64,000 bases of DNA from Octopus vulgaris (taxonomy: Eukaryota). The translations under genes were made by a program, and so were the position numbers. The notes beneath the pieces are model-generated. The model ran no database searches. It had not been told where the DNA came from and saw only the letters and a program-made list of their open reading frames with translations. This document shows, in pieces, positions 51,055 through 63,450 of this stretch. Numbering within the stretch: position 1 is the first letter of the stretch; every line of letters starts with the position of its first letter. The stretch covers positions 35,960,001-36,024,000 of the forward strand of contig OX597815.1 of the NCBI GenBank assembly GCA_951406725.2. The letters run 5' to 3'.

Positions 51055-51350
51055 GCTAACTCTGTCCAATAGTATTTTGTTTATTCAGTTTGATGATATA
51101 TTCTTTACTCTGTTCACTAGCACTTTCTTTATTCTGTTTGATAAGTATTTTCTTAACTCTTTTTAGTTTATTTGTTTTCTGTTTCAATGGCATTTTCTTT
51201 ACTCAGCTAAATAGCATTTTCCCTGTTCAATAATATATTATTGACTCTGTTCAATAGTTCTGTGTTTTCACTCTGTTCAATAGTGTATTCATTGCTCTGT
51301 TTATTAGTATATAGTTAACTTTGTTCAATAGTATTTTCTTAACTATTTTG
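51055..51350. repeat. Degenerate ~23-bp minisatellite
   Basis: Recurring actctgttcaatagtattttcttt variants. Confidence 0.75.
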
Positions 51351-51695
51351 ATTTCAACTCACCGGAGATAAGTTTTGTTTCTATTTTGAAAAGATTGCAT
51401 TTAAATAAAAACATTCAGTATAAATATATTTTAAAAAATTTTGTTAAGTTCATCATTTAACAACATAATGATCTGGTAGGGACTGCCATACTTGTATGGC
51501 CAGCATAACAGTTGGAGTCAAAGTTTACAACTTCCAATGTTTGGAATCAAATATATAAGACACATTGGTCATTAATTGCTTATTGATGGTTTAATATGTT
51601 TGTGAGGCCCACTAATGTATAACCCCAATCTCTAAATGTTTTTGTTTTGTCCTTGTGCTGTCCCCTCTATGTTAGCCATGTATTGGCAAATAAAG

Positions 51696-53298
51696 TGTAG
51701 AATGACCGTGCGATGAGAGAGGTGGCGAAGTATGGCTCCTTTATGACACCGCACTGTCGATTACGATAAATACGAAAAGAATAAACGAGTATTAGCGCCA
51801 GAAGGAAAAGAGCGACACAACCGGTAGAATGTTAAGAGAAAGATTTTATTGATAGATTAATGTGTGTGCATCATAAGTACATATATAACAAAAACAATAG
51901 ACAGGCCGTCATGTAAACATAATGTGTGTGCGTGCATGGATGTATGCGTGTGAGATAAAATACAGAGCATTGAAAGAGTCTATAATAGGACGTTAGAAGA
52001 ATGTTCAGACACAAGGAAGATAAATACCTATTTCTTTACTACCAACAAGGGGATAAACACAGAGGGGACAAACGAGGACAGACAAACGGATTAAGTCGAT
52101 TACATCGACCCCAGTGCGTAACTGGTACTTATTTAATCGACCCCGAAGGGATGAAAGGCAAAGTCGACCTCGGCGGAATTTGAACTCAGAACGTAACGGC
52201 AGACAAAATACGGCTACGCATTTCGCCTGTCATGCTAACGTTTCTGCCAGCTCACCGCTGTTCGTAGTCAGAGTACACGATGATGAAGTGCTATAACAAG
52301 AAGTTGAGGCGAAGAAGCAGAGCCTGTGCGGTACGTATTGTACGAAGTAGTGGCTACAATGCTACTGCCGGGTTATTTGGTACAGGAGTTCTCGCAGGTT
52401 GTATTTGCTGTTACCATGGTGAAGTAATTCAGGAACAGTGTTGAGATAGACCCTGAGCGAGGGTTGCTGTGTACGTAAAGAGATGTTGTTGACGACGTTA
52501 AGATGAAGGCGACGGAGATGGAGATTGCTGTATGCTGTTGGATGAATGTTGAGTCTCCAATGTGGCTGCTGTGGTCTGTTGTCGCTGGAACTGACTGTGT
52601 CCTGTATGGTCAGCGGCTAGGCCTAAAAGGGTCTGGAACCGACTGACAATACGGTGTTGAAACTAGCATTTTATAGTGAACTATCGGCTCACCGGAATGT
52701 TTGGAAGAGACTGTCTCACGTTACCTTATCAGAAGGCTGCGATTGGTTGGGTTGCACATTGGCGCGTAATAGAGCAAAAGACAAATTGTGCCAATGCCAG
52801 CCAATCAGAGTAGTGGACACAACAGGGTCCAAGCGGCCGAAGGCTAGCTGTTATCTACTACGTCCGTATTCATGTACGCTACTAAAGAGTCCGCTACTAA
52901 AGAAATTAGTTAGTGGGAGTGACTGAGAGGCGGCTGACCGGCCCAAGCGAAAGGCTGTCTCGACTGAGGTAACTTCACAGAGTGACAACTATGGAATTAA
53001 CCAACGTAGAAGCTGTCTCGTTCCACACTCTCGCTTTGATTAGCTCAATTTCTTTTCTCTGTAACATTACCATATCTCTCTATATAAACTACTATGAGAT
53101 CGTGTACACATATACCGGCCGAAATGAACTCTTTTTACCTCGCATGCTTTTCCATTTACTAATTATACATATCAACCCGTCGTGGTTTTGGATATATATA
53201 CAAAGTAACGGTAAATAAATATTTCTATAAAACTTCGATCACTGTTCTTCTTCCCTCTTACATACTGGCAACAAACACCTTAACAACAAACCGTTACA
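51696..53298. mobile_element. LTR-like element(s), TGTAG...TTACA, followed by a tRNA-Trp-like primer-binding site
   Basis: Starts TGTAGAATG and ends CCGTTACA; then AT-TGGTGAC(GAC)TCCGACGT at 53301; TATA-like and AATAAA motifs on both strands; SINE B inserted at 52024-52258. Confidence 0.65.
52024..52258 (-). mobile_element. Young SINE family B
   Basis: Near-consensus with CpGs intact; GAGTTCAAATTCC B box on the minus strand. Confidence 0.93.
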
Positions 53299-53805
53299 AT
53301 TGGTGACGACTCCGACGTTCCATCCTATTGTTTACCAATTATTGTATCTCAAATAATTTGTCTTTATAAACTTTATTTAAATTGTAGGTTATGATAATGT
53401 TATCGAAAATTTTATGATTATGTTAGAAATTTTATATGATTATACTTTCACAAATTTATCATTCATCAAGAATCCAACCTGTAAGAAACAGCATCCAAAC
53501 CACCCTCAACTCAGCCCTACCATCTTAACAAGGAGCAGTTTACAGGAGCCAAATAACTCTACACAAGTCAAAGTGAGAGCTTTAACATAATCACTTATCC
53601 TTCAAGAAATAACAGCTCCCTCCATCTCACCCTTAATAAAGGAATGATACATTGTGTAAGATGAGATAGTGACAACTAGAACACTTTTGATGATAGATCG
53701 TCAGCTTAGTCATGGTTGACCTTAGACAAAGCAATAAGACACCATACTGGACCTTAGTGTATAAAACACGTCATATCAGTGTAGTTTCAAACTAAGAAGA
53801 AACAT

Positions 53806-54010
53806 GGGATCTTTACCTTTTGACCGACAGATTTTTAAAATAATTTTTTGTAACTAAACACTTTCAAACTTCGTATACTGGTAGACTGTGTCACGTAAAA
53901 CATTTTTTACTCTTGGCGTTGTAGAGGAAATTCTGTATTTTGGAAGTTATTTCTTGTTAAAGTTGTCGTATTTCGGTAATTTCAACCAATCAATGACGTG
54001 TATTCAGCTG
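53806..54010 (-). mobile_element. Diverged partial copy of the GGGATC-TIR MITE
   Basis: Reverse complement of about 57730-57926 (taactaaacacttt.aaacttcgtatactggtaga, atttcaaccaatcaatgacgt). Confidence 0.8.
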
Positions 54011-54014
54011 ATAA

Positions 54015-54602
54015 TGATCTTTGATGGATCTGGACATGCTACTCGGTTCTAAGCAGATGTGTGCGGCTTTCCAGCAGCACTCTGCATGGCTGTTTGGGGA
54101 GGATGATGGGTCGACGACAGTAATGGACTTTACTTCGTACCTAGACAACCTACCACGGATTTCGGCAACAGACATGAGATCCTGCGAAAAGCCGATTGCA
54201 GCCACTGAAATACAGGAGGCGATGAGCGATTGCACAAGTCGCAAATAGCGCAGTTTGGACAGTCTACCCTACGAATTCTATGTTTTCATGCCAGATTTGT
54301 TTGGCAGCCTCTTGGCAGATGTCTACGGTAATTGACAGCAGAACAGGAGAATTCCTAATGCTATTAGCCGGGTGTATGGTAACACTGCTGAGAAAGGACA
54401 CCGACAATGGGAACGTGCTAGGGAATTTTCGGCCTGTAGCGTGACACAAGAAACCAGCCCATTTTGTGCGAGATCTCGCCGGCAGCCACTACCATGTCCG
54501 AGACAAGAGCGAGATCTCGCCTACAACTATGTTTGCCATGCGCAAGACCACAGCGAGACTATCGTGGATAACATCTATTTAAGGAGGTGTATTAAGGAAC
54601 CC

Positions 54603-54637
<35 letters not shown>

Positions 54638-56480
54638 TTCGCGCTTACGCTGAACATTACTGCAAACTGGCAGCTCACAGCGGATTCTTAACCCGCTCTA
54701 ACTTTACCCGTTATCTCCAGAGGTAATGTATCTCACGTGAACGGAGCTATAACGAACCACGCGTCGCCATACAGATGGTCGTCGGAAGCAAACCCCACCA
54801 ATGAGAACTAAAATAAACAACCATTGAATTGCATCCGCTTGTAAGTTTCTTCTTCTTCGAGTTCCAGATCCTAAGACTGCAGAAAATAATTATAATGGGA
54901 GAAGGTACTCCGCAGGTATCATGAACCTTCGAGACCCATTATAAGCCCATAACTCTGCTAAACACAGAATTTAAGATTTTGGCCAAAGTGTTAGCGAAAA
55001 GGTTGGGGCTTGTAGTTGGTAGTCTGGTCAGGCAGGCACAAACGTGCGCAATCCCAAGCTGGTCTATTCACGACAACTTCCACCTTTGTAGAGTGGGCTA
55101 GGTGGGGCTCTGATCAATTTAGATTAGTTGAAAGCTTTCGATAGAGTAGACCATCACTACTTGGAAGCTGTCCTTAAAGTAACCAGTTCCGGACCTGCTT
55201 TCAGAGGGTGAATTGCAGCAATGCACAGAGGCACCTGCTTGGTGGTCAAAGTAAATGGCCACCTATTGGAAATATTTAGTATCGCACTTTTGGTCCGTCA
55301 GGGCTGACTACTGTCACCTCTTTTGTATGTGCTGGCTCTTGAGCCACTATTGCGGAAGTTGGAACAGTTAAGAGGCCTCCGTTTCGAACTCTTCTCGATT
55401 CTTATCCTCCTGCAGGTGGGTAAGAATTGGGAAGAGGTGACGAACAGGGTGACCTCTCTTACCCAGAAATGGGCAGAGGGAAAGTTGTCCCTAAACGGTC
55501 GGGCAGAGGTGACGGATGCCTACATTGCCTCTGTCATTATTTATCGTCTGACCGTCGTGCCTTGCCCTGGTTATTGCTTGGTTAGATTGGAGCGTATCCT
55601 GTTTATTTACTTGTGGAAGGGACACATTCCAATGGTCAAGCGGTCGGTCTGTTACCAGTTTCCTTTGCATGGCGGCTTATGCATGCCATAGTTTTTAATG
55701 CACAGACATGCAATCAGGTTGGCCACCTGCAGCAATTTCTAGAATGTGAACTGTGTGGGCTCCGTTTGTGAGTCACACTTTTCTGCAGCTTTTCTCCTTG
55801 ATGGAGCTGCAGTCCTGGGTAAAGGATAGGCCGAGATTGGGCGCCTGGCACTTAGAATGTCGTCAAGCGCTCACTGTCCTCTACAAATCGGGCAATAAGA
55901 TCGGTGGATGTTCTACTTTAGATATTTACAGAGGATTAGTAGCGGGGAAGTGCGACGATGTCCTCGGGGTGACCCGAGGAGTCGACGAAGACGAACTGGC
56001 AAGACTATTCCAGAGGACTTTCCGGTCGGGGACTGTTATGGATAATTTCCAGATGTCTTTGGCCTGGCAGTGCTAGCAGGGGGCGCTACCGGTTCGCGAT
56101 AAACTCTACAGGCACAGATCTACTGTCAGACGGGCTTGTCCGACGAAATTGTTCTGCATGCACTCGTTCAGTGTCCGGGCATTGCTGACTTGTGGAGTTA
56201 TGTCGAACAGCTGCTATCGCATGTAGGAGAGATCAGTCTGTCATCCAAGTCCATAATTATGATTGCCTCATCACCCTCCTTTAATCGGGCTGGCAAGGCA
56301 GTTTTCCTTTGTCTGGTGGCTGTGGCGAAAGAGGTTATCTAGTGGACGAGGCTGAAAGGAATGAGGACAGAAACTGTCCTCTTTGGTAAAGCCCTCATAG
56401 ACTTGAAAAAGAAAGTGAGGGTGGAGAGGGAGTTGCTGTCCTCAAGTGAATTTATGAAAAGGTGGATGAAAGTTGCGAAA
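54015..56480 (+). mobile_element. L1/Tx1-clade LINE ORF2 pseudogene
   Basis: LDSLPYEFY, GNFRP|ITLLNTEFKILAKVLAKRL, LD*LKAFDRVDH, VRQG*LLSPLLYVLALEPLL, LSLNGRAEV, YLWKG, GGL, and zf-RVT-like AW...ALPVRDKL...LHALVQC. Confidence 0.92.
54435..54943 (+). mobile_element. Solo LTR inserted into the Tx1 RT domain
   Basis: TGTAG...TTATA with a ggcc/agcc 4-bp TSD; removing it restores F-R-P-I-T-L-L-N; AATAAA near 54812. Confidence 0.75.
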
Positions 56481-56682
56481 CTGGCAGAATTGTCAGCATG
56501 TTGGGCGGAACGCTTAGCGTTATTTCGTCCGTCTTTATGTTCCGAGTTCTAATTCTGCAGAGGTCGACTTTGCCATCCATCCTTTCGGAGTCGATAAATT
56601 AAGTACCAGTGATGCACTAGGGTCGATGTAATTGACTAGCCCCCTCCCCCAAATTTCAGGCCTTGTGTCTGTAGGAGAAAGG

Positions 56683-56733
<51 letters not shown>

Positions 56734-56974
56734 GAGTGAGAGAGCAGTGCATGCCATCAAAGTGACACTGGGGTAAAATATACGAAGCCCAATATACCCA
56801 TCATGACTACCCGTTTGATAAAGGTACACCTTTCATCCTTTTGGGGATCAATGAAATAAGTACCAATGAATCACTAGGGTCGATGTAATTGACTGGTCCC
56901 CACCCACTCCACAAATTTCAGACCTTGTGCCTTTAGTAGAAAGAATTATTATTATTATTATTATTATTATTATT

Positions 56975-57125
56975 TTATGTTTGACTTTTGCCTTACATTT
57001 GTACAAGTTGGCTCCAAGTCTCACCCAGAGACCTAAAGAGATAAGTTGGAAGTTCATGTTGGTGTTATGCCTAGGGTGCCATATATTTTGTTTTGTACAT
57101 TGTATTGTTCAAGAGAATGTTTAAG
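56975..57125 (-). mobile_element. Probable R4/Dong-like non-LTR 3' end inserted in (TAA)n
   Basis: Flanked on both sides by (ATT)n; minus-strand taggtctctgggtgagacttgga resembles R4/Dong 3'UTR ends as recalled. Confidence 0.45.
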
Positions 57126-57126
57126 A

Positions 57127-57174
<48 letters not shown>

Positions 57175-57510
57175 AAGATGGCGAGGTGGTAGAATCGTTA
57201 GCACGATGGCCAATATAGTTAGAGGCATTTCGTCTGTCTTTACGTTCTGAATTCAAATTCCGCCGAGGTCGACTTTGACTTTCATCCTTTTGGGGATCAA
57301 TGAAATAAGTACCAATGAATCACTAGGGTCGATGTAATTGACTGGTCCCCACCCACTCCACAAATTTCAGACCTTGTGCCTTTAGTAGAAAGAATTATTA
57401 TTATTATTAAGGCGACGAACTGGCAAAATCGTTAGTACACTGGGTAAAATGCTTAGCGGTATTTCGTCCGTCTTTATGTTCCGAGTTTAAATTCCACCGA
57501 GGTCGATTTT

Positions 57511-57926
57511 GGGATCTTTTCGGTTTGAACGGCAGTTTTTCTAGCGATGTCATATGAAATTGTCTCCCATAATTATGACCCTAGTATCGATCTATTGCAT
57601 TTCAATCTGTTTTGGGGTCAGGGTTAGGGGTGGGGGTGTATCTTTTTTTCTTTAGAAATGTAAATAAACCCAATCTGTTTATTAAACGAGGGACGTATTC
57701 ATACGGCACAGAATGTTTTCACCTCAATAGACGTCATTGATTGGTTGAAATTGCAGAAATTGAAGAAGAAAAAAACAACAAATATCTTACAAACTATAGA
57801 ATTTTCTCAATAAAGCCAAGAGAAAAAGATGTTTTACAAACACATTCTACCAGTATACGAAGTTTAAAAGTGTTTAGTTACGTGGAAACTATTTTTAAAA
57901 ACTGCCGTTCAAACCGAAAAGATCCC
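57511..57926. mobile_element. Complete MITE with perfect ~30-bp TIRs, inserted in a SINE B
   Basis: gggatcttttcggtttgaacggcagttttt / aaaaactgccgttcaaaccgaaaagatccc; TSD gatttt (6 bp), or cgattttg (8 bp) if the terminus is GG. Confidence 0.93.
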
Positions 57927-58671
57927 GATTTTGCTTTCGTCCTTTCGGGGTCGATAAATTAAGTACCAGTGAAACACTTGGGTCGATGTAATCCACTTAT
58001 CCCCTCCCTCAAAATGGCTGTCCTTATGGCAAAATTTGCAACCATTATTATAAAGACGAAGGTTGGGTAGTTTTCCTTGCGTTGATACACTCATAGATAT
58101 CATCAGTTTGAAGCTCGTTTTTTTTGTTTGTTTGTTCGTTTTATATTAACTCTATGACACAGTTTTATCTGGGTAAGTAAAATGAATTAAAAGGAAAAGA
58201 GTAAGCAATTACTATGTTTAAACTATATTTGAGAGTTAAGTGTAAGATCTAGTCGCATAATAGCAAAGTCGATTATATCACTTCTTGTAATCCGTACATA
58301 CAGAATACTATTGTTCACTGCTACACTGGAGTAAGTGCAACAAGTCCCACGTCTAAAAGCCGGGCACAGTTACGCAAACAGTTTACGATATCTGAAATAC
58401 TTAAGGTCATTTTTAGGACATTTTGTTTTTGTTTTTTGTTGTTTTTTTATAAATCAAAGTTCTTTTTAATCGATATTAAATGTGCATTATTTTAAACAAT
58501 AATTCTAGCATACAACTTGAGCGGAAGGATATGCAAGTTGGTACAAAAGGTCATGTCACAGTAGTGCAAACTAGCGTAGGTTGAGTGTCGCTCGATCAGC
58601 AAAACCCGGCATCAGTAACTCCTCTTTGTTTTTGTTATTTTATACTTGGAACTTTTAGCTTAAACGCAACC

Positions 58672-58720
<49 letters not shown>

Positions 58721-58803
58721 ACTTGTACTTTTTATTAAATTAATGTACAGTATATACAACTCATTTCCAAAAGATGGACATTGCATATGTTGATATCATG
58801 TAG

Positions 58804-58883
<80 letters not shown>

Positions 58884-59261
58884 ATGTACACATATATAAA
58901 CACACACACATACATTCTCCATAACAAGAAAGTTAACTATTTTCATATTTTTTCAAAAACAATTGACAATTTACATCCCTTAAAGAATCTGTGGAGAGGT
59001 TTTCTGTTAATATAACATTAAATCTTGACACTGAACTACATATTTTCTCTCTCTCTCTCCCTCTCTTTCTCTCTCTCTCTCTCTCTGTCTCTTTCTCTCT
59101 CTCTCGTTCTCTCTCATATATATATATTACATTCCTTAACTATTAATTATATATATATATAGGCAAATCAAAAATAAAAACAAAAGGAGAAAAACGACAA
59201 AAATATGAATATACACAGTGAATAGACATGCTCAGAAAAAGTTATGGAAAAAAGTGGGTGT

Positions 59262-59288
59262 GACGTTCTAAGCATGGCTCTTCGTCAG
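59262..59288 (-). ncRNA. Degenerate second copy of the hammerhead motif
   Basis: CUGACGA-A-GAGC(cau)GCUU-AGAAC-GUC; the GAAA box is mutated. Confidence 0.4.
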
Positions 59289-59414
59289 AAAGAGGAAAGA
59301 TGTAAAAGTCCCAAAGGAAAGGAAAAGACTAATCTGAAATAACACGTCATTACAATGCTCATGCACATACACACATACAGACAAATACACAAACGTATAC
59401 ACGCATGCATAAAC

Positions 59415-59456
<42 letters not shown>

Positions 59457-59773
59457 GTGCGCGTGTGTGTATACATGCATTCATCCATCCATACGTACAT
59501 ACATGTTTACATACCTGCATAAATACATGTGTGTGCGCGCGTGCGTGTATGTGCATGTTTGTATTCATGTTAATCCCCCCACACACCACTTGATTTTTTT
59601 TTTTTTTTATAAATTCAGATAAAATTGTCGCTGTATTACGTGCATCATGTTTTTAGTCAAGTTCCAAAATAATGACAAAGGTGGCATAATGCTCAAAAAC
59701 CAGACTGTTGTACCCGAAGCAGGATGTTTGACCCTCACAAAGCCAGACGTTCAGCAGTGAATATATATGTGTG

Positions 59774-59820
<47 letters not shown>

Positions 59821-59894
59821 GATTTTAAAGATTTTAAAAAGGTCTTAGACCAACAAGTCTTGGGGTCTGACGATAAGCTATAAAGTTATATATA

Positions 59895-60938
59895 TAGTGG
59901 AGGTGGATGCTCAGAGAGTGTCACCACTAAAATACGAATAGCCTGGGCAAAGTTTAGAAAGTTTCTACTCCTACTGGTGACAAAGGGTCTCTCACTCAGA
60001 GTGAAAGGTAGATTGTACGACGCATGTGTGAGAACTGCCATGCTTCACAGCAGTGAAACATGGGCTGTGACTGCATGTGTAGGCTTGAAAGAAATTAAGC
60101 TAGCATGATCCACTGGATGTGTAATGTCAGTATGCACACACGACAGAGTGTAAGCGTCCTGAGAAAAATGTTGGACATAAGAAGCATCAGGTGTGGCATG
60201 CAAGAGAGACGTTTGTGCTGGTGTGGTCATGTACTACGGATGGATGAGGAGAGATGTGTGAAGAAGTGCCACTCCCAAACAGTTGAAGGAATCCGGGGTA
60301 GAGGGAGACCCAGGAAGACATGGGATGAGGTGGTCAAGCATGACTTTCGAACATTGGGCCTCACAGAGGCAATGATGAAAGACCGAGATCTCTGCAGATA
60401 TGCTGTGACTGCGAAGACCCGACCAAATAACGTGAGTTCATGGCTGTTTCCTACACCAGCTTCACATAGCAGCCCCAGCACATCCAAAGTACCTTGGATC
60501 GCAGGATGGCCTGCTATGCTTACTTTGGATTATAGGGCGACCTGCTGTGCTTGAGGAGACCTATTGAGTCAAGTACATCAATATCAAAATAAAAATCAAA
60601 TGGAAATTGTAGTAGTAATACCTGTGCCGGTGGCACGTAAAAAGCACCATCCAAATGTGGCCGATGCCAGCGCCGCCTTGGCTGGCTTCTGTACCAGTGG
60701 CATGTAAAAAGCACCAACCAATCGCGGCTGCTGCCACCCTCCCCTGGCACCTGTGCCAGTGGCACGTAAAAAGCACCCACTACACTCACGGAGTGGTTGG
60801 CGTTAGGACGGGCATCCAGCTGTAGAGACACTGCCAGATCAGACTGGAGCCTGGTGCAGCTTCCTGGCTTCCCAGACCCCGGTCGAACCATCCAACCCAT
60901 GCTAGCATGGAAAACGGACGTTAAACGATGATGATGAT
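59895..60938 (+). mobile_element. Young RTE LINE 3' portion
   Basis: SGGGCSESVTTKIRIAWAKF...LSLRVKGRLYDACVRTAMLHSSETW...RGRGRPRKTW; same 3'UTR as 19082-19883. Confidence 0.93.
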
Positions 60939-60944
60939 GCACAC

Positions 60945-61120
60945 ACAGACACACATATTAACCTATAAATAAAATCTTCTCTTAAACATTCTACCAGTTG
61001 TGTCTCTCTTTTCCTTCTGGCACTTGTACTCATTTATACTTTTCGCATTCATTGTAATTGACTGTGTGGTGTACTAAAGGAGCCAGACTCTTCACCTCTC
61101 CTTCACGCAGTCGTTTTACA
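60945..61120 (+). mobile_element. End fragment of the 51696 LTR-like family
   Basis: Reverse complement of 51696-51850; AATAAA then ...gtcgttttACA. Confidence 0.8.
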
Positions 61121-61264
61121 CATACATACTTACATACATACATACATTCATATCCGTGCTGTTTTTTATAAAGTACTAACAGATTTTGATAAATAAAATG
61201 TTCCATCTGATAGCTAACTTGGTTCCAGGATCCAAGTATTTAGAGAAATTTTTGTATGAAGTAC

Positions 61265-61680
61265 ATCACACATCATCATCATTTAATGTCTGTTTTCCAT
61301 GCTGGCATGGGTTGGACGGTATCACAGGATCTGGTGAGCCACATGGCTATGCTGAGGTCCAGTGTCAGCCTTGGTTTCAACAGCTTGATGCCCTTCCTAA
61401 TGCTAACCACTGTATGTGTGCTTTTTTTTTTCATGCAAGGGGAAAAGAATAGGGAGGAAGAAAAAGGAAATGTAATTGGGCAGAGCATTTGAGGGAGTAA
61501 AAATGGCTTTATGCCAAGGGTTGCAAGGTTTCAGTATAAGAGAGGGACAAACATGGGTGTCTTGCCGTAGATACGGCTACCACAAATTATATCAGAGTGT
61601 GAGTAGTTGGGATTGAGATAAAGATGATAGTGATGGGGTTCCAGAGTCAAATATGTCGGAGGACAAGCAAAAGTTGGAAA
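61265..61680 (-). mobile_element. Older RTE 3'UTR fragment
   Basis: (CAT)n, ttccatgctggcatgggttggacgg, gatgcccttcctaatgc. Confidence 0.7.
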
Positions 61681-61814
61681 TACTTCACTATTAGTGGAAA
61701 TTTTTTCAAAAGAATATCAGTAAATATTTCATCATCTGTTTGATCTTCTGATATGCAAACTCACTAATACACCACAAATCTGACAAGTGAATAGCAAAAA
61801 GCATTCCATAAATG

Positions 61815-62254
61815 TGTAGTGATGCCATTTTGGAAATCTTCAGCACACATGCGCAGAGTTTAGATTCTTCCAGAAGGCCTGCTGAAAGTTCCCTCGTGCG
61901 CATGCACAGAAAACTAGCAGCAGCAAAATTTCCCGCGTATCGATCTCTCTCGAACGCTGACAGTCGAACAGGACAGTCGTGTTGTAGCATCTCTCTCAAA
62001 CTGCTACCCCATGGCGTGGTGTTGCTATACTATGCTTGAACGGACAGGATTTGGCTCACTCCACTTGACTACTGTGACTAGCTCCTAGGCTACCGATTCA
62101 CCCTGAAGAAGAATGTATATATTGCAAATCCAGAAATAAAATATTTATGCTGTTGAAGATATTCGGAAGTCTTGGCTTTTCCTTCAATTAATAATTTAAT
62201 GTAAGGGATGAGAGCTGTACCCATCCAGTGTTACAGACCTTTCATCCTGTTACA
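61815..62254 (+). mobile_element. Solo LTR (Gypsy-like 4-bp TSD)
   Basis: TGTAG...TTACA flanked by a perfect AATG/AATG TSD; AATAAA at 62135; more CpG-rich than its flanks. Confidence 0.85.
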
Positions 62255-63086
62255 AATGCATATAGCTTTGAAAGCATAGATGAAACATCACAAAACATAG
62301 ATAAAGTATAAAGGAAAGTTTTAACTATCATACGATTTGCATGAAATCAATCTAGTAAAGTTGAAATAACAATACAGCAACAATGAAGGATGTCTTTTTG
62401 TGTTCTTAATAAAGCAAAGTATATTCAAGCTCTGTCCAGGATACTTTTAACAATGAGAAATTAATTGCTTTTCATTTTAACTTTTTTTCTTAATTGTGTG
62501 CAACTCATTACAATGTAGAACATGTTTTCATGTTTCCAAGTTCATGTATTTATTTATAGATATCAACAATTCAAAATACAAAGGGAACATCTGTTGTTTC
62601 TTGTTTCCCATCAGTTAAGGACGTCATGTTAGATGACGATTTCTTAATGTTGACTTTGAATGACTTAAAATAGGCTCTACTGAAAATTATATAGTAAACT
62701 TAGTCAACTTCATTTTAAAATAAAGTATATTGTACGTCTTTAAAAAGTATTAAAGAATGGTCATCAAAATAGATTTTGTGCAAATTAAGTCATTGCACAA
62801 AATAAAAATATAAGAAAACTATAAGATGTACTATATCAAAATGAAAATTGTATTTTCTGTTACAAGAATACATTGTTAGAATTAAAAACATAAATATTTT
62901 CTTTATATCCATGAAACATTTAAGGAAGATCTTCTTATGGAGAAATCAAGGTCCATCAATCTAATTTTCTAATTTACAAATTTAAATGTCTATATGGTAC
63001 TGGTTTTACATTTGGACATCATTAAAATAGGTCAAAGCTTAGTAATATTAACCATACACAATAACTATAGATTTGCATTGTAGTGA

Positions 63087-63450
63087 TCATCATCATCGTC
63101 ATTTAGCATCTGCTTTCCATGTTAGCATGGGTTGGACGGTTCAACTGGGGTCTGGGAAGCCAGAAGGCTGCACCAGGCCCAGTCTGATCTGGCAATGTTT
63201 CTGCGGCTGGATGCCCTTCCTAACACCAACTACTCCATGAGTGTAGTGGGGGCTTTTTACATGCCACCGGCACGGAGGCCAGGTGAGGCTGGCAACGGCC
63301 ACGATCGGATGGTGTTTTTTACATGCCACCAGCACGGAGGCCAGTCAGAGCGGCGCTGGCAACGGCCACATTCAGAGGGTTCTCTTATGTGCCACCGGCA
63401 CTGGTATCACAGCTACAATTTCCATTGATGTTGATCGATTTCGATTTTGA
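63087..63450 (-). mobile_element. RTE 3'UTR fragment
   Basis: Colinear with 5152-5540. Confidence 0.9.

Larger units (their letters stand above)
56478..58045 (+). mobile_element. Tandem cluster of SINE B copies separated by (ATT)n tails, with nested insertions
   Basis: Copies at about 56478-56683, 56830-56945, 57178-57395, and 57410-57511 plus 57926-58045. Confidence 0.85.

Noticed and set aside
52921-52970. ctgagag...gcgaaa...gtc as a possible hammerhead
   Set aside because: The CUGANGA box is not matched and the stems do not form convincingly.
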